From NCBI RefSeq assembly GCF_009914755.1, contig NC_060930.1: 64,000 nucleotides of DNA; one strand, 5' to 3'. Within the stretch, counting starts at the first letter, position 1, and the number at the start of each line of letters is the position of its first letter. The translations under genes and the position numbers were made by a program. The stretch comes from the human T2T-CHM13v2.0 reference genome, Homo sapiens. The notes under the pieces were generated by a model. That model did not search any database, was not told the DNA's origin, and saw nothing but the letters and a program-made list of their open reading frames with translations. Positions 12,401 to 25,859 of the stretch are shown in pieces.

Positions 12401-13058
12401 CTTATACATTGCTGGTGGGAATGTAATTAGTTCAGCCATTATGGAAAGCAATGTGGAGATTTCTCAAAGAACTTAAAACATAAGTACCACTTGACTTAGT
12501 AATCTTATTATTAGGTATATGCCCAAAGGAATATAAATTGTTCTAACACAAAGACACATGCATGTGTATATTCATTGCAGAATTATTCACAACAGCAAAT
12601 ACATAGTATGAAGCTAAATGCCCATCAATGTTAGAATGGATAAAAAAAAATTGGTATGTATGCACTATGGAATATTATACAGCCATAAAACAGCATGAGA
12701 TCATATTCCTTGCAATAACATGGGTGGAGCTGGAGGCCATAATCCTAAGAAAACTAATTCAGGAATAGAAAGCCAAATACCACATGTTCTCACTTATAAG
12801 TAGGAGCTAAATATTCAGTAAAAATTGACACAAAGAAGGGAACAACAGACATCATGGCCTATTTGAGGTTGGGAGGAGAAAAAGGATTGAAAATCTACCT
12901 ATCAGTACTATGTTTACTACATGGGTGACAAAATAATATGTATACCAAACCCCATGACATGTAATTCACCTATATTAGAAACTTGTACATATACCTCTAA
13001 ATGAAAAACAGAAATAAAAACATGAAATAATTCTAAAGAATAAAAATTGAAATTTAAT
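9458..13058 (+). mobile_element. Primate L1 (old L1PA/L1PB), 5'-truncated with 5' inversion
   Basis: 9458-~12102 is antisense ORF2 (minus ORFs [41 protein letters not shown] and MILYLENP...). 12103-13058 is the sense ORF2 end, 3' UTR and A-rich tail. Candidate TSD aaaaaagaa at 9449-9457 and 13059-13067. Confidence 0.9.
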
Positions 13059-13199
13059 AAAAAAGAAAATTTTTTCTCTGATTAGCAGCCAAAGATAGCA
13101 ATTACCATTTAATATTAAATTATTAAAAGTTCCACCAGAACCAGTTATTAAACCTTTGATAAGTCTAACCAAGCTGAATTTCAAATATCAACACTATAG

Positions 13200-14560
13200 A
13201 CAAAAAGTTTTTGGCATACATAATGTTTGAAATTGTGCACCAATCAGCCCTTCCTGAGTAATCTCCTAGATGAGCTTTATCTAACCAAATAATGAACAAA
13301 ACTTCAGAAAAAGAACTGATGGTGAATATTTTAAAGTGCATATGTATATAAACATGTCATTTTAGTTGGATTATTTTTACTTTGTTACATTGTGACTTTA
13401 TTACATTTATAAATTTCGGAAAAATTCTTCAAATTTTAAAAATGTCCAAATGTAGTAAAGTCACAATGTAACAAGGTAAAAATAATGCAGCTAAAAAAAA
13501 AACAGGAGAAAAAGGAGAAGGAAATAAGAAAAGCAATAAGCTACCATTGTATAGTCAATAAGTACAGTAAGAAAAAAATGAAACCTGTTATGAATTAATA
13601 ATAAAACTATTAAGTAAATGAGACTTGAAAGGACATTAAATAAAATATATGCTCAAAAATACTTAGTAGAATAATGACATAAACCTTTCTTAAAGCCAAT
13701 ATTTAAAAATAAGTATCAAGGTATACACATGGAAAGAAAAAAAACATAGCAAACAAAACAAAATGTACATAATTGTAAAATATTATGATAGAGCTGAGAC
13801 CAGACATATCAGTCATAATAAGAGATGTACATGGATTCAATTGTCCTATTGAACAAAAGCAAGTTCAATTTTGCTCCTAAAACAAAACCCAAACATATGG
13901 TGTATACTATAGACATATGTAAAACAGAGTGATATAGAAAGGTAAAAACTAAGGGATGGACTAATGTTTACCATAAAAATTGATGCAAAAGAGCAGGAAT
14001 AATATCTTTGTATCTGACGTGGTAAAATTCAAAATCAGAAGCATTTAAACAAGGTACATTTTACTGCTAAAATCCATAGACCATAGGAATATATAACATT
14101 TATGTATATGTATGCATGAAATAAGATAGAAAACATTTATTAAGCAAAAATTATCGGGTACGCAAAGAGAAATAGATATAAATATACCAATGATGGGAAC
14201 TTTAATACATTCCTCTTAGGACAAGACAAATTAAGTGGGTGGACAAAAAAATACATTAGGAAATAAAATTTAAGCAATGTAATCACTATCATAGTATACA
14301 CATGTGTATGTATATATATATTTCTTTTTCTTTTTTTGTTTTTTATTTTTTATTTTTTTCTTTTATTCTGTATATATTTACAACTGTATTATGTACATAT
14401 ATGAATAATAAATTTTATAAACTGAAATATTTTATCAAATGTCTGTAATCACAATATAATAAACTTAAAACTTACTAACAAAGACAAATAACACAGAAAA
14501 GCCCTTCCACTAATTAAATTGCAAAAACTGAATGACAGATATGCAGAAACATTCAGTACT
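13200..14560 (+). mobile_element. Ancient L1 (L1M) inter-ORF / ORF2 endonuclease region
   Basis: Degenerate ORF2 5' motifs (catatcagtcataataagagatgtacatggattcaattgtcctatt...aagggatggac...atatctttgtatctgac). Confidence 0.6.
13360..13496. repeat. Inverted repeat, 49-bp arms, 39-bp spacer
   Basis: 13360-13408 versus reverse complement of 13448-13496: 45/49 identical, ungapped. Confidence 0.95.
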
Positions 14561-14604
14561 ATGTTTCAACATTACTGTAAACCTAAAGATTAAAAATATT
14601 CATG

Positions 14605-15137
14605 AGTTATATTATTTAGATTTTACTCTGTAATTAACCACTTCAAAACAATAAACATTGATTCATGTCACAATTCTATGGTTCTACAGAACCATAAGTT
14701 TAAGCCAGGCTCAACTCATCCTGATGGTGTTGGCTGGGTACAGTTATGTGTTTAATCACTTCTTGATCACCAGGGAGCTGCCACTCTGTAGAGAGGTGGG
14801 ATGTTTCTGATTGGATAGATCTGATGTTTGAGATTGTGTCTTTTTCACGTGGTTTATCATTTTTCAGCTTGTTGGCTCAGGCTTGTTCATATGGTAGCAG
14901 TAGAGCTCAAAGGCAGTGTAGATTCATACAAAATCTCTTTAGCCCCTAGCTCAGAGCTAGCACTGTCACTGCTGCCACACTCCATTATATTTGCAAAAGC
15001 AAATCAGACAAGCCTAGATTTGCTGTGTGGAAATATAAAGTACACCTTGTGATAGAGGGATGTATCATGTTACATTGCAAGTGGCATGGACACAGGATGG
15101 ACTGGGGCTTTATGGGCATCTTTGAATTCTATCACAT
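14605..15137 (-). mobile_element. Old MaLR LTR (MLT1H-K-like)
   Basis: aaccacttcaaaacaataaacatt...ctcagagctagcactgtcactgctgccacactccatt...ggcatctttgaattctatcaca, typical antisense MLT1. Confidence 0.65.
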
Positions 15138-15354
15138 AAGACATAAAGGCAATGAAAATCATATTAAGTATTTTAATAGTATATCTACTTATTTATGCAT
15201 TTATTTAACAAATAATGAGTGTTTATTACATTCCAAGCACTATTCTAGGCATAGTAAAGTAATTTTAACAAGCCACAAACACTTTTTTCCTGTCAAAGTC
15301 ATAAATAATAAAGCAATGTTCAGGCAAATTTATCTAAATAAGATTTTAAGCATC

Positions 15355-15933
15355 TGTGCCATACAGCTTCTGACGCTTCTCAAAGATTTCTGCCTCCAGA
15401 TATTCATGACCTTGTGTAATCCCCTCACTGTTAGTTTGGTCTGGTCCAAATGATTTGCTTCTATGCCATAAAGGATGGCAAAGATGATAGAATATCACTT
15501 TTGAGATTGAGTGTTAAAAGGCTGGCTTTTTGTTTTTCTCACTATTTCTCATTTGTTCATTCAGATAGAGGCCAATTGCCATATTATGAGCTGTCCTAGG
15601 GGGAGAAACATCTGATGTGGAATTAAGAAAGACATCTGGCCTACAGCCAGTGAGAAAATGCAGCTCTTAAACCAACAATTTGGGAAGAACTAAATTATAC
15701 TAATAACTACACAAGAGAGCATAGAAGTTGATCCTCTCTCAGTTTAACCTGATAACAGGACTACAGCCTTAATCGTCACCTTGATTTCAGCCTATGTGAG
15801 ATGCTGACTCAGTGGACCCTCCCGAGCTATGCCAAAATTCCTGACCCAAAGACACTGAGAGATAATTATTATTTGTATTTTAAGCCACAAAGTTTGAGGT
15901 AATTTATTACAACTGAATTGGATAAAGTAAAAC
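15355..15933 (+). mobile_element. MLT1F-like MaLR LTR
   Basis: tattcatgaccttgtgtaatcccctc...ttcctgacccaaagacactgagagataatt...tttaagccacaaagtttgaggtaatttattac. Confidence 0.75.
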
Positions 15934-15934
15934 T

Positions 15935-16288
15935 ATATCCAGAAAGTATACAATATCATTTTAAAAGGTAAAGGCAAGACACAATAAATGCATATTTTAA
16001 GTGGCTCAGTAGAACTATATTTTTGCAACACAGATAACAGAGTGTTAATATACATAATAATATGGTGTTTATTATTAATGTGAAATTTTAAAAGGGCAGT
16101 TGACAAAAGAACAAAGTAACAAAGAACAATAAGGCAATATATAATCTTAGAAAAAATTATAAAGTAATAAAATCAGGAAAAAGTTTAAAGAATTGGATTC
16201 CCAAACCATTTATCATGACAATGTAAAGAGTTACAGTCTTTAGGAAGAAAATGTGGCCACATCTATTAAAAATTAAAATCTATGTAGT
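15935..16288 (+). mobile_element. Ancient L1ME-like 3' fragment (resumes at ~21778-21960)
   Basis: Degenerate ORF2-end motifs (gaactatattttgcaaca...aatgtggccacatctattaaaaatt) continue collinearly after the L1MA insertion. Confidence 0.5.
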
Positions 16289-17899
16289 CTCTGATACTTG
16301 TTTTTGCTGTTTTACTGAAACCTAGTAGATGTACATATTTTCAGGGCACTTGTGATATTTTGATACATTCATAAAATGCGTAATGATTAAATTAGGGTAA
16401 TGGGAATATCTATCACCTTTAACATGTTTATTTTCTTTATGCTGGAAATATCTGAATTTTTCTTTTTTTATCTATTTTGAAGTACACAATAGAATATTAG
16501 TAACTACAGTTCACCTTACTAAAATATCAAGCACTAGGTGTTATTCTTTCTATACATCTGTATTTTTGCACCTATACTCAATGTCTCTTCATCTGTCCCT
16601 CCCCACTCTCTTCCTGGTCTCTGGTAGCCACCAATCCACTCATTACTTCATAAGATCCACTTTTTAAGTTCTCACATATGAATGAGAACATGCAATATTG
16701 TGTTCTTGTGCCTGGCTTATTTCACTTATAATGACCTCCAGTTCTATCTATGTTGCTGCAAATAACATGATTTCATTTTTTAATGGCTGAATAAAATTCC
16801 ATTATGTATATGTACTAAATTTTCTTTATTCATTCATTGATGGACACTTAATTCCATATTTTTGTTTTGGTAGTACAGCTATTTTGGTAGCATAGATATT
16901 TAAACAATATTAGTTGTTCAATCCAAGAATGTAAAATGTCTTTCTGTTTTTTTGTGTGTGTCTTTTTCAATTTCTTTCAACTATGTTTTACAGTTTTCCT
17001 TGTAGAGATCTTTCACTTCTTTGGTTAAATTTATTCCTAGAGTTGTTATGGTTTTTTTTTGTAGCTATATAAAATGATATTGTTTTACGTATTTTTTTCA
17101 GATTGTTCCCTATTGTCATATATAAAAGTTTCTGTTTTTATATGTTGATTTTGTATCAGGCAAGTTTATTGAATTTGTTTACAAATTCTACATTTTTTTA
17201 GGTGAAGTCTTTAGGTTTCTCTAAACATAAAATTATTTACAAACAAGGATAATTTTACTTTTTTTTTTCAATTTGGATGTCATTTATTTCTTTCTCTTGC
17301 CTATTACTCTGGCTAGGACTTATAGTATTATGTTGAGGAAAAGTGGTAAAAGTGGGCAATCTTGTCTTGTTCCAGATCATAGAGGAAAGACTTTCAATCT
17401 TTACCCATTTATTATGTTAGCTGTGGATCTGTCATATATGTTCTTTATTGCTTTGAGGCTTGTTTTTAGAATTAATTTGTTGAGTTTTTATCATAAAGGA
17501 ATATTGAATTTTACTGAACACTTTTAAAACATCTATTGATATAATCATATAATTTTTTTCTTGGTTCTGTTAATGTGATATATAATACTTATTGATACTG
17601 ATGTGTTGAATCATCTTTGCATCCCTGGGATGAAGCCTACTTGATCGTGGTAAATGATGTTTTTTGATTTAGTAGTATTTTATTGACAACCTTCGCATCT
17701 ATGTTTATCAGGGATATTGTCCTGTAGTTTTCAGTTGAATCTTTATCTGATTTTAATATCAGGGTAATGCTGACCTTATAGAATAAATTTGGAAGTATTC
17801 CTTCCTCTTTAATTTTCTTGATATTTTGATAGAACTGGTATTAGTTCTTCGTATGTTTGGTAGAATTCAGAAAAGCCTTCAGGTGTTAGGCTTTTCTTT

Positions 17900-18373
17900 T
17901 CTTTTTTTTTAATTATACTTTAAGTTCTAGGGTACATGTGCATAACGTGCAGGTTTGTTACCTATGTATACATGTGCCATGTTGGTGTGCTGCACCTGTT
18001 AACTCATCATTTACATTAGGTATATCTCCTAATGCTATGTCTCCCCGCTCCCCCCATCCCAGGACAGGCCCCGGTGTGTGTGATGTTCCCCACCCTGTGT
18101 CCAAGTATTCTCATTGTTCAATTCCCACCTATGAGTGGGAACATGCGGTGTTTGCTTTTCTGTCCTTGTAATAGTTTGCTGAGAATGATGTTTTCCAGCT
18201 TTATCCATGTCCCTACAAAGGACATGAACTCATCCTTTTTTTATGGCTGCATAGTATACCATGGTGTATATATGCCACATTTTCTTAATCCAGTCTATCG
18301 TTGATGGACATTTGGGTTGGTTCCAAGTCTTTGCTATTGTGAATAGTGCTGAAATAAACATATGTGTTCATGT
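17900..18373 (-). mobile_element. Younger L1PA (about L1PA4-6) 3' end nested in the L1MA
   Basis: Canonical L1PA 3' UTR (attatactttaagttctagggtacatgtgca); 19-bp TSD aggtgttaggct(t/c)ttcttt at 17881-17899 and 18374-18392. Confidence 0.95.
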
Positions 18374-19415
18374 AGGTGTTAGGCTCTTCTTTGATGAAAG
18401 ACTTTTTATTATGGCTTAGATTTTATTACACATTAATGGTCTTTTTAAAATTTCTTCATAACGCAATCTTGATAGATTGAAAGTGTTCAAAAATTATCTA
18501 TTTCTTCTATATTTTCTACTTTGTTGGTATGTAGTTGTTCATAATTATCTCTAATAATTTTTTGTATTTTTTTGGGTATCAGTTGTTACGTCTCCTTTTT
18601 CTAACTTTATTTATTTGGGTCTCATCTCTAGAAGGTATGTCAAGTTTTATCTTTTCAAAAAAGCACATTTTTATTTACTTATCTTTTGTATTTTTTAAGT
18701 TTAAATTTCATTTATATCCACTCTGGTTTTTATTATTATGGAATTGTATTTTATCTCTCCCAATAGCTCTACAAATACTTGCCTTATATATTTGTCTACT
18801 CTGGTATTGGGTGCATAGATATTTAAAATTGTTATATCTTCTTGCTGAAGTGACTCCTTTATCATTATACAGTGATCTTTTATTTATTAATTTTTTTACT
18901 GTCTTTGGCTTGTAGTTTGTTTTATCTGATACACAGATATAGATATAGATAGTTATATAGATATTCCTGTTCTTTCTTGGTTTTCATTTCATGGATTATC
19001 TTTTACATTCTTTCACATTTAAGTGTGCGTCTTTATAAGTGAAGTGGGTTTCTCATAGGCAGCAAGTTGAATCTTGTTTTTTTTTTAATTCAGTCACTCT
19101 ATGTTTTTTCATTGGATAATTTAGTTTATTTATTTTCAATGCTATTATCGATAGGTAAGGATGTACTACTGTCATTTGGTTACTTGTTTTCTGGTTGCTT
19201 TATAACTCATCTCTTTCTTCCTTGCTGCCTTTTCTCTTGGTTAAGTACAATTCTCTGGTAATATGTTTTAATTTGCTGCTTTTCATTTTAAAATATCTAT
19301 TGTAGGTTTTTGCTTTGCAATTATCATGAGGCTTACCAAAACCATCTAATAGATATAACAAGTTATTTTAAACAGAGGACAACTTATCTTTGATCACAAA
19401 GAAAATAACAGAAAT

Positions 19416-19725
19416 GGGCGGGGTGTGGTGGCTCACGCCTGTAATCCCAGCACTTTGGGAGGCCAAGGAGGGTGGATAACGAGGTCAGGAGATCCAGACC
19501 ATCCTGGCTAACATGGTGAAACTCCGTCTGTACTAAAAATAAAAAAATAAAATAAAAAATAAAAAAAATTAGCTGGGCGTGGTGGCGGGCACCTGTAATC
19601 CTAGCTACTCAGGAGGCTGAGGCAGGAGAATGGTGTGAACCTGGGAAGCAGAGCTTGCAGTGAGCCATGATCGCGCCACTGCACTCCAGCCTGGGTGACA
19701 GAGCGAGACTCTGTCTGAAGAAAAA
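19416..19725 (+). mobile_element. AluY-like, full length, expanded middle A-linker
   Basis: accatcctggctaac and gagaatggtgtgaacc...gagcttgcagtgag diagnostics; TSD aaagaaaata(a/g)cagaaat at 19398-19415 and 19726-19743. Confidence 0.95.
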
Positions 19726-22700
19726 AAAGAAAATAGCAGAAATGAACAAAGAAAAAACTAAAAATAACTCTAGAGTTTAACTCCATCCACCTTCACATTG
19801 TATCTTTTTGTCATCTCAATTTATTTCTTTTCATATTGCCGTTCTATTAATATCTTAGCTATTATTGCTTGTGATAGAATCATCTTTTCATCTTCATCCT
19901 AGAGATATGAGTGTACTGTACAACATAATTACAGCTCTAGAATAACCTGAGTTTTTATACTCATTTTACCAGTTGATTTTACATCTTTCAATGTTTTCTT
20001 TTTGTATGTTAGTGTCTTTCTTTTCAGATTTAATATTTATCTTTAGAATTCCTTGTAAGAGAGGTCTGGTGGTATTACATTTCCTCATGTTTATGTTAAA
20101 AACTTAATAACTCCTCCATGCTTGAAGGATAGTACAGTGTTCTTGGTTAGCATTTTTTATTTTTTCTTTCAGAACTTTGAAAACTTCATCCCACTTGCTC
20201 CTGACCTGTATGGTTTCCATTGAGAACTCCAATGCCTAATGAATTGAAGCTCTTTTATATAGTATTTGCTTCTTTTCTCTTACTGCTTTTAAGATCATCT
20301 CTTTGCTTTTGTCCTTTGAGAGCCTGATTATTATATATTTTGGGTTAGTCTTATTTGGGTTGAATTCGTTTGGTGATCTCTGACCTTTCTGTACCTGAAT
20401 ATTTATATATTTCTCAAATTTTAGAATGTTGTCAATTACTATTTTATTGAATAAGACTACTCCTGGCTCCTTTACAACTCCCTCTTGGACATCAACAATT
20501 CTTAGATTTGCTCTCTTGAGGCCATTTTCTATATCTTGTAGGTGTTCTTTATTCCTTTCCATTCTCTTTTCTTCTTTCTCCTCTGAGTGTCTTTAAATAC
20601 CGTTTTCAACGTCATTGATTTTTTTCCTCTGTTTTATCCATTCTACTCTTAACAGCTTCTAATGCATTTTTCTGTTCAGCAAATATACTTCTCAGCTGCA
20701 GGCTTTCATTCGATTTTTTTAAAATTTTTATCTCCTTGTTAAATTTCTCTGATAAATTTCTGAATTGCTTTTCTTTGTTATCTTGAAGTTCACAGAGTTT
20801 CCTTAAGATTGCTGTTTTGAATTCTCATCAGAGAACTCATACATCATCATCTTCTTAAGGTTAGTTACTGACTTCTTGCTTTGTCCTTTTGGGAAAGTCA
20901 TGGTTCCCTCTTGGCTGTTGCTTCTTATGGATATACTTCTATGTCTTTACATTGAAGCATTAGTTATTTATGCCAGTCTTTTCTGTCTTTTTAAATTTTT
21001 TCTTGCATATGTTTTCTTTGAGAACCCTTGTAGTCTACCTGTTGAATATATTTTACACTTGTTCACTACCTTCTTTTAAGTAATAGATCGTGCTTTAAAC
21101 CCAATATCATCTCTAGCAAAATATTGGGACATTGCCCATCCTGTATAGAGTAGGTCACCAAAGGGATATCCAAGCTGTGTGGTGGAAGGCTGACTAGGGG
21201 TTTGTGCCCGGGAAATCCATGAAACATGCCCCTTACAGCGTAGTGCCACTAAATTGCCGCTCTGATTTGGTATCTTTTTTGGCCTGGATAAAAGCAGATT
21301 TTATGGGCTTGAGATGTAGTCCCGCTCCCACTTTTTGAGTCTGGCTGCCTTCAGGTATTTTTTTTTTTCCCCTCACTTAAGGCACTCGTGACACTTCCTG
21401 TATATGAAGGAAGAACAGCTCTCCCGTAAGGAAATCCAAGATGATGAGGAAGCTGATTGTCCATCTTGATCTCATTTTTTCAGTGTTGAAACTGAGTCTG
21501 GAGGAAATTGTCTGCACTCACTGTGCCTGTTTGGGGGAGGGGCATTGTGAATCTAGAAGTCTGATGCTCTTACTATCAGCTGAGAGTGTTCTTTTTGCTT
21601 GTTTGCTTCTTTTCACTTCTTTGTGGTTCCAGGAACTGTCTCATCCTCAGATCTGAGTGCTGGGATATTGCTGATGGCAATACTGGTGTTGCATATGTGT
21701 TTGTTGTTTACTGAGTGCATGGTGGTAAAGCAAGCCTACTTCTAGTCTGCCATTTGGGTGACATCACTCTGATTCTTAATACTTGTTCTAAAACTATAAA
21801 TTTGTATATATGAATATGTCTTCATTGTAGAGTTATTTAGGTAACAAAATATATAGAACAACATAATGGTCTATCAGTTGAGAAATGGTTAAGTCAATAA
21901 AGACAGCATACTTTTATAGTGAAATATTGTGCCGCTATTGAATAATGAGTTATAATGTGGATAGGTTATTTTGTGAAAACAATCATTTCCAAAATTATAA
22001 TTCAAGGTAGTATCTGACATGTCACAAAAAATACAAAACTGCCAGAGAGAAAAAGGCTTCATTTCTAAATGGAATATAATTTTTAGGGGACATTCAGATA
22101 ACATTGCATCTTTAAAAAATTTCCTCTGCCCTCTGAAATTAGTCATTATCTCTTTGGAGAAATAGAATAGAATTTTAGGCAATAAAAAGAGTTGCATAGA
22201 ACAATGTTCTTACATCTTAATATGAAATTTAAAATACGTATTTAAAACTTTATTGAAGGCAATTCACTTAACATATGAACACTTCTGAAACAAAATTACT
22301 ACTGTATAATAGCTGTCTGATGAGATAATTTTTCTGTTATTTTGTAAGTGGGTAATTCTGTAAATGCAGTGACATTGAAAACCCATGTGGAAAGCAGGCA
22401 AAGGATTTTTGATTTAGATAAAAGTAATTCTTTTCAATTATAATATTAAAGAATTGCCATTGCTCAAAAAAATTGGAAAAATTTCTCATAAAGCTTGTGA
22501 GCTCTATATTTTCATTTACTTCTTAACTGAATAACATTGAAAATAAAAAAAGTAATGTTTTGTCTATGAATGTTAACAAAATTGGTTACTAAATAGTTGT
22601 GGCAATCTATCTAATTGTGATTTTATCCATACAGAAAGATTAAATAGGACATTTAAGCATTATATGTGTAATTCATTTTCATCTTACTTCAGTTGAAATG

Positions 22701-22892
22701 AGTGATTGAAATTAGTCTTTCACCAGGTAATACAAAAACAATTTCTGTCTATGAAACAGATTTTATGATTTTTTCTCCAGAAACAGATTTTCCAGGGTAA
22801 TTACACTTTGCTAATGCATATTGTGAAATTAATTTTATTACTTCAAATACCTGCCAACTGATAGGGAAAAATTAAAGGTAGAAAGTCCATAT

Positions 22893-25682
22893 GAGGGGCA
22901 GAGCAAGATGATCAAATAAAAGCCTTTATAAATCATCTCCACCACAAGAACACCAAATTTTAATAACTAACTACACATTAAAAATCATCATCATAAGAGT
23001 GAAAAATGAAGTGAGCAATCACTGTACCTGGTTTTGACTTCATATCACTGTTAAGAGGCATTAAAGAAGGTAGACAATACAGTCTTTTTTTTTTTATCTT
23101 TTATTTTAGGTTTGGAAGTACATGTGAACGTTTGTTACACAGAGAAACACAGTGTCACAGGGGTTTGTGGTACACATTATTTCATCACTCAAGTGTTAAG
23201 GCCAGTACTCAATAGTAATTTTTTCTTCTCCTCTCCCTCCTCCTGCCCTCTTGCCTCAAGCAGACCCCAGTATCTGTTGTTTCCTTCTTTGTGTTCATAA
23301 GTTCCTATCATTTAGCTCCCACTTATAAGTGAGAACACATGGTATTTGGTTTTCTGTTCCTGCATTAGTTTGCTAAGAATAATAGCCTCCAGCTCCATCC
23401 ATGTTCCTACAAAAGACATCATATCATTATTTTTTATGGCTGCATAGTATTCCATGGTATATATGTACCACATATTCTTTATTCAATCTGTCATTGATTG
23501 GTATTTAGGTTGATTTCATGTCTGCTAGTGTGAATAGTGTTGCAATGAACATTCACATGCATTTATATTTTTGTTAGAATGGTTTATATTCATTTGGATA
23601 TATGCCTAGTAAAGGGATTGCTGGATTAAATGGTAATTCTGATTTTATGTCTTTGAGGGATGACCATACTGATTGCCACAATGACTGAAGTAATGTACAC
23701 GCTCACCAAGAGTGTATAAGTGTTCACTTTTGTCTGACACCTCATCAGCATCTGTTATTTTTGAGTTTTTAATAATAGCCACTCTGATGGGTGTGAGATG
23801 GTATAAATTAAATTCCTAGGAATTAACCAAAGAAGTGAAAGATCTCTACAATGAAAACTATAAAACACTGATGAAAAAAATTGAAGAGGGCATCAAAAAA
23901 TGGAAAAATATCTCATGTTCATGAATTGGAAGAATCAATATTGTTAAAATGTCCGTGCTATGCAATCTACAGATTCAATGCAATTCCTGTCAAAACATCA
24001 ATGATATTCTTCATTCATAGGAAAAACATCCCTAAAATGTATATGGAACCACAAAAGATCCAGAATAGTCAAAGCTATCCTGAGAACAAAACTGGAAAAA
24101 ATCATATTACCTGACATTAAATTATCCTACAGAGCTATAGTAGAAAAAAAAATGGTACTGGCATAAAAACAGACTCATAAAACAGAATAGAGAACCCAAA
24201 AGCAAATCCATACATTCACAGTGAACTTATTTTCAACAAAGGTGCCAAGAACATACACTGGGGAAAAGGGAGTCTCTTCAATAAATGGTGCTGGGAAAAC
24301 AGAATATTCACATGCAGAAGAGAGTAACTAGATGTCTAATTCTCACTATGTTCAAAAATCAAATCAAAATGTATTAAAGACTTAAGTCTAAGACCTTCAA
24401 CTGTGAAACTATTACAAGAAAACTATTACAAGCTCTCTAGAACATTGGTCTGGACAAAAATTACTTCAGTAATATGCGATAAACACAGGCAACCATAACA
24501 AAAATGGTCAAATGGAATCACATTAAGTTAAAAAGTTTCTGCAGAGCAAAGGAAGCTGTCAAAAAAGTGAAGAGACAACCCATGGAATAGGAGAAAATAT
24601 TTGCAAACTACCCATATGGCAAGTGATGAATAACAAAAATACATAAGAAGCTCAAATAGCTCTATAGGAAAAGTATCTCATAATTCAATATAAAATGGGC
24701 AAAAGACCTGAATAGATAGTTTCTAAAGAAGACATACAAATGGCAAAGAGGCATATGAAAAAGTACTCGACATTGATTATCAGACAAATGAAAATCGAAG
24801 CTACAATGAGATATCATCTCACTCTAGTTTAAATGACTTTTATCCAAAGACAGGCAATAAGAAATGCTGGCAAGGATGTGGAGAAAATGAAACCCTCATA
24901 GTCTGCTGGTGTGTATGTAAATTAATATAACCCCTATGATAAACTGTTTGGAAGTACCTCTAAAAACTAAAAATAGAGCCACCATACAATCCAGTATTCT
25001 TACTGTTGGGTATACACCCAAAAGAAGGAAAATCAGTATATTGAAGGGATATCTGCACTTCCATGTTTCTTGCAACACCGTTCACAATATCCAAGATTCG
25101 GAAGCAACCTAGCCATCCATCAGGAGGTGAATGAATAAGGAAAATGTGATACATTTACACAATGGAGCACTCTTCAGCCATAACAAAGAATGAGATCCTG
25201 TCATTTGTGACATGAATGAAACTAGAGGTCATTATGTTAGGTGAAATAAGCCAGGCACAGAAATACAAACATCACATGTTCTCACTTATTTGTGGGAGGT
25301 AAAAATTAAAACAAATGAACTCATAGAGATAGTGAGTAGAAGGAAAGTTACAAGAGGCTGAGAAGGGTAGTGGGCGGGGGGCTTGGGGAGGAGATGGTTA
25401 ATGGGTACAAAAAGTAATTAGGAAGAATTAATAAGACCCGATATTTGATAGCACAACAGGATAACTACAGTTAATAATAATTTAATTGCACATTTTTAAA
25501 TAACTAAAAGAGTATAATTGGATTGTTTATAACATAAAGGGTAAATGCTTGAGGGGATGGATACTCCATTTACCATGATGTGATTATTACACATTGCATG
25601 CCTGTATCTAAGTATTTCATGTATTACATAAATACATACATCTGCTTGTATCCACAAAAATTAAAAATAGAAATAAAATAAT
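22893..25682 (+). mobile_element. L1MA1-3-like element: 5' end joined to ORF2 3' part and 3' UTR
   Basis: L1 5' start gaggggcagagcaagatg (22893-23085); ORF2/3' UTR 23804-25682; candidate degraded TSD aaagtccatat / aatgtgcatat. Confidence 0.85.
23086..23803 (-). mobile_element. Old primate L1 (L1PA13-16/L1PB) 3' end, antisense, inside the L1MA
   Basis: Poly-T then antisense primate L1 3' UTR (tttagctcccacttataagtgagaacacatggtatttgg). Confidence 0.9.
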
Positions 25683-25859
25683 AAATGTGCATATTGTGTG
25701 GCCTTAAATTGAAACAATTTTTTTACATAATTATAAAAGTAGTTGAATCATGTATAGATAAATTTTGAGCAAACTTAGCCATGTAATTTTTTATCATCAT
25801 GCATTTTAAGCAATATAAAACATGCTAACATTCCTGCATTCAATGAAATTATTGATGAG

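Larger units (their letters stand above)
16300..21766 (-). mobile_element. End-to-end L1MA element with internal deletions
   Basis: 3' UTR at 16300, ORF2 remnants, ORF1 remnant 20236-20562 (LQDIENGLKRANLRIVDVQEG...IIIRLSKDKSKEMILKAVREK), 5' end GTGATGTCACCCAAATGGCAGACTAG; TSD ctctgat(a/t)ctt at 16289-16299 and 21767-21777. Confidence 0.88.

Noticed and set aside
15025-15453. 142-aa ORF
   Set aside because: Runs across MLT1, L2 and MLT1F fragments; non-ATG start; no protein-like signal
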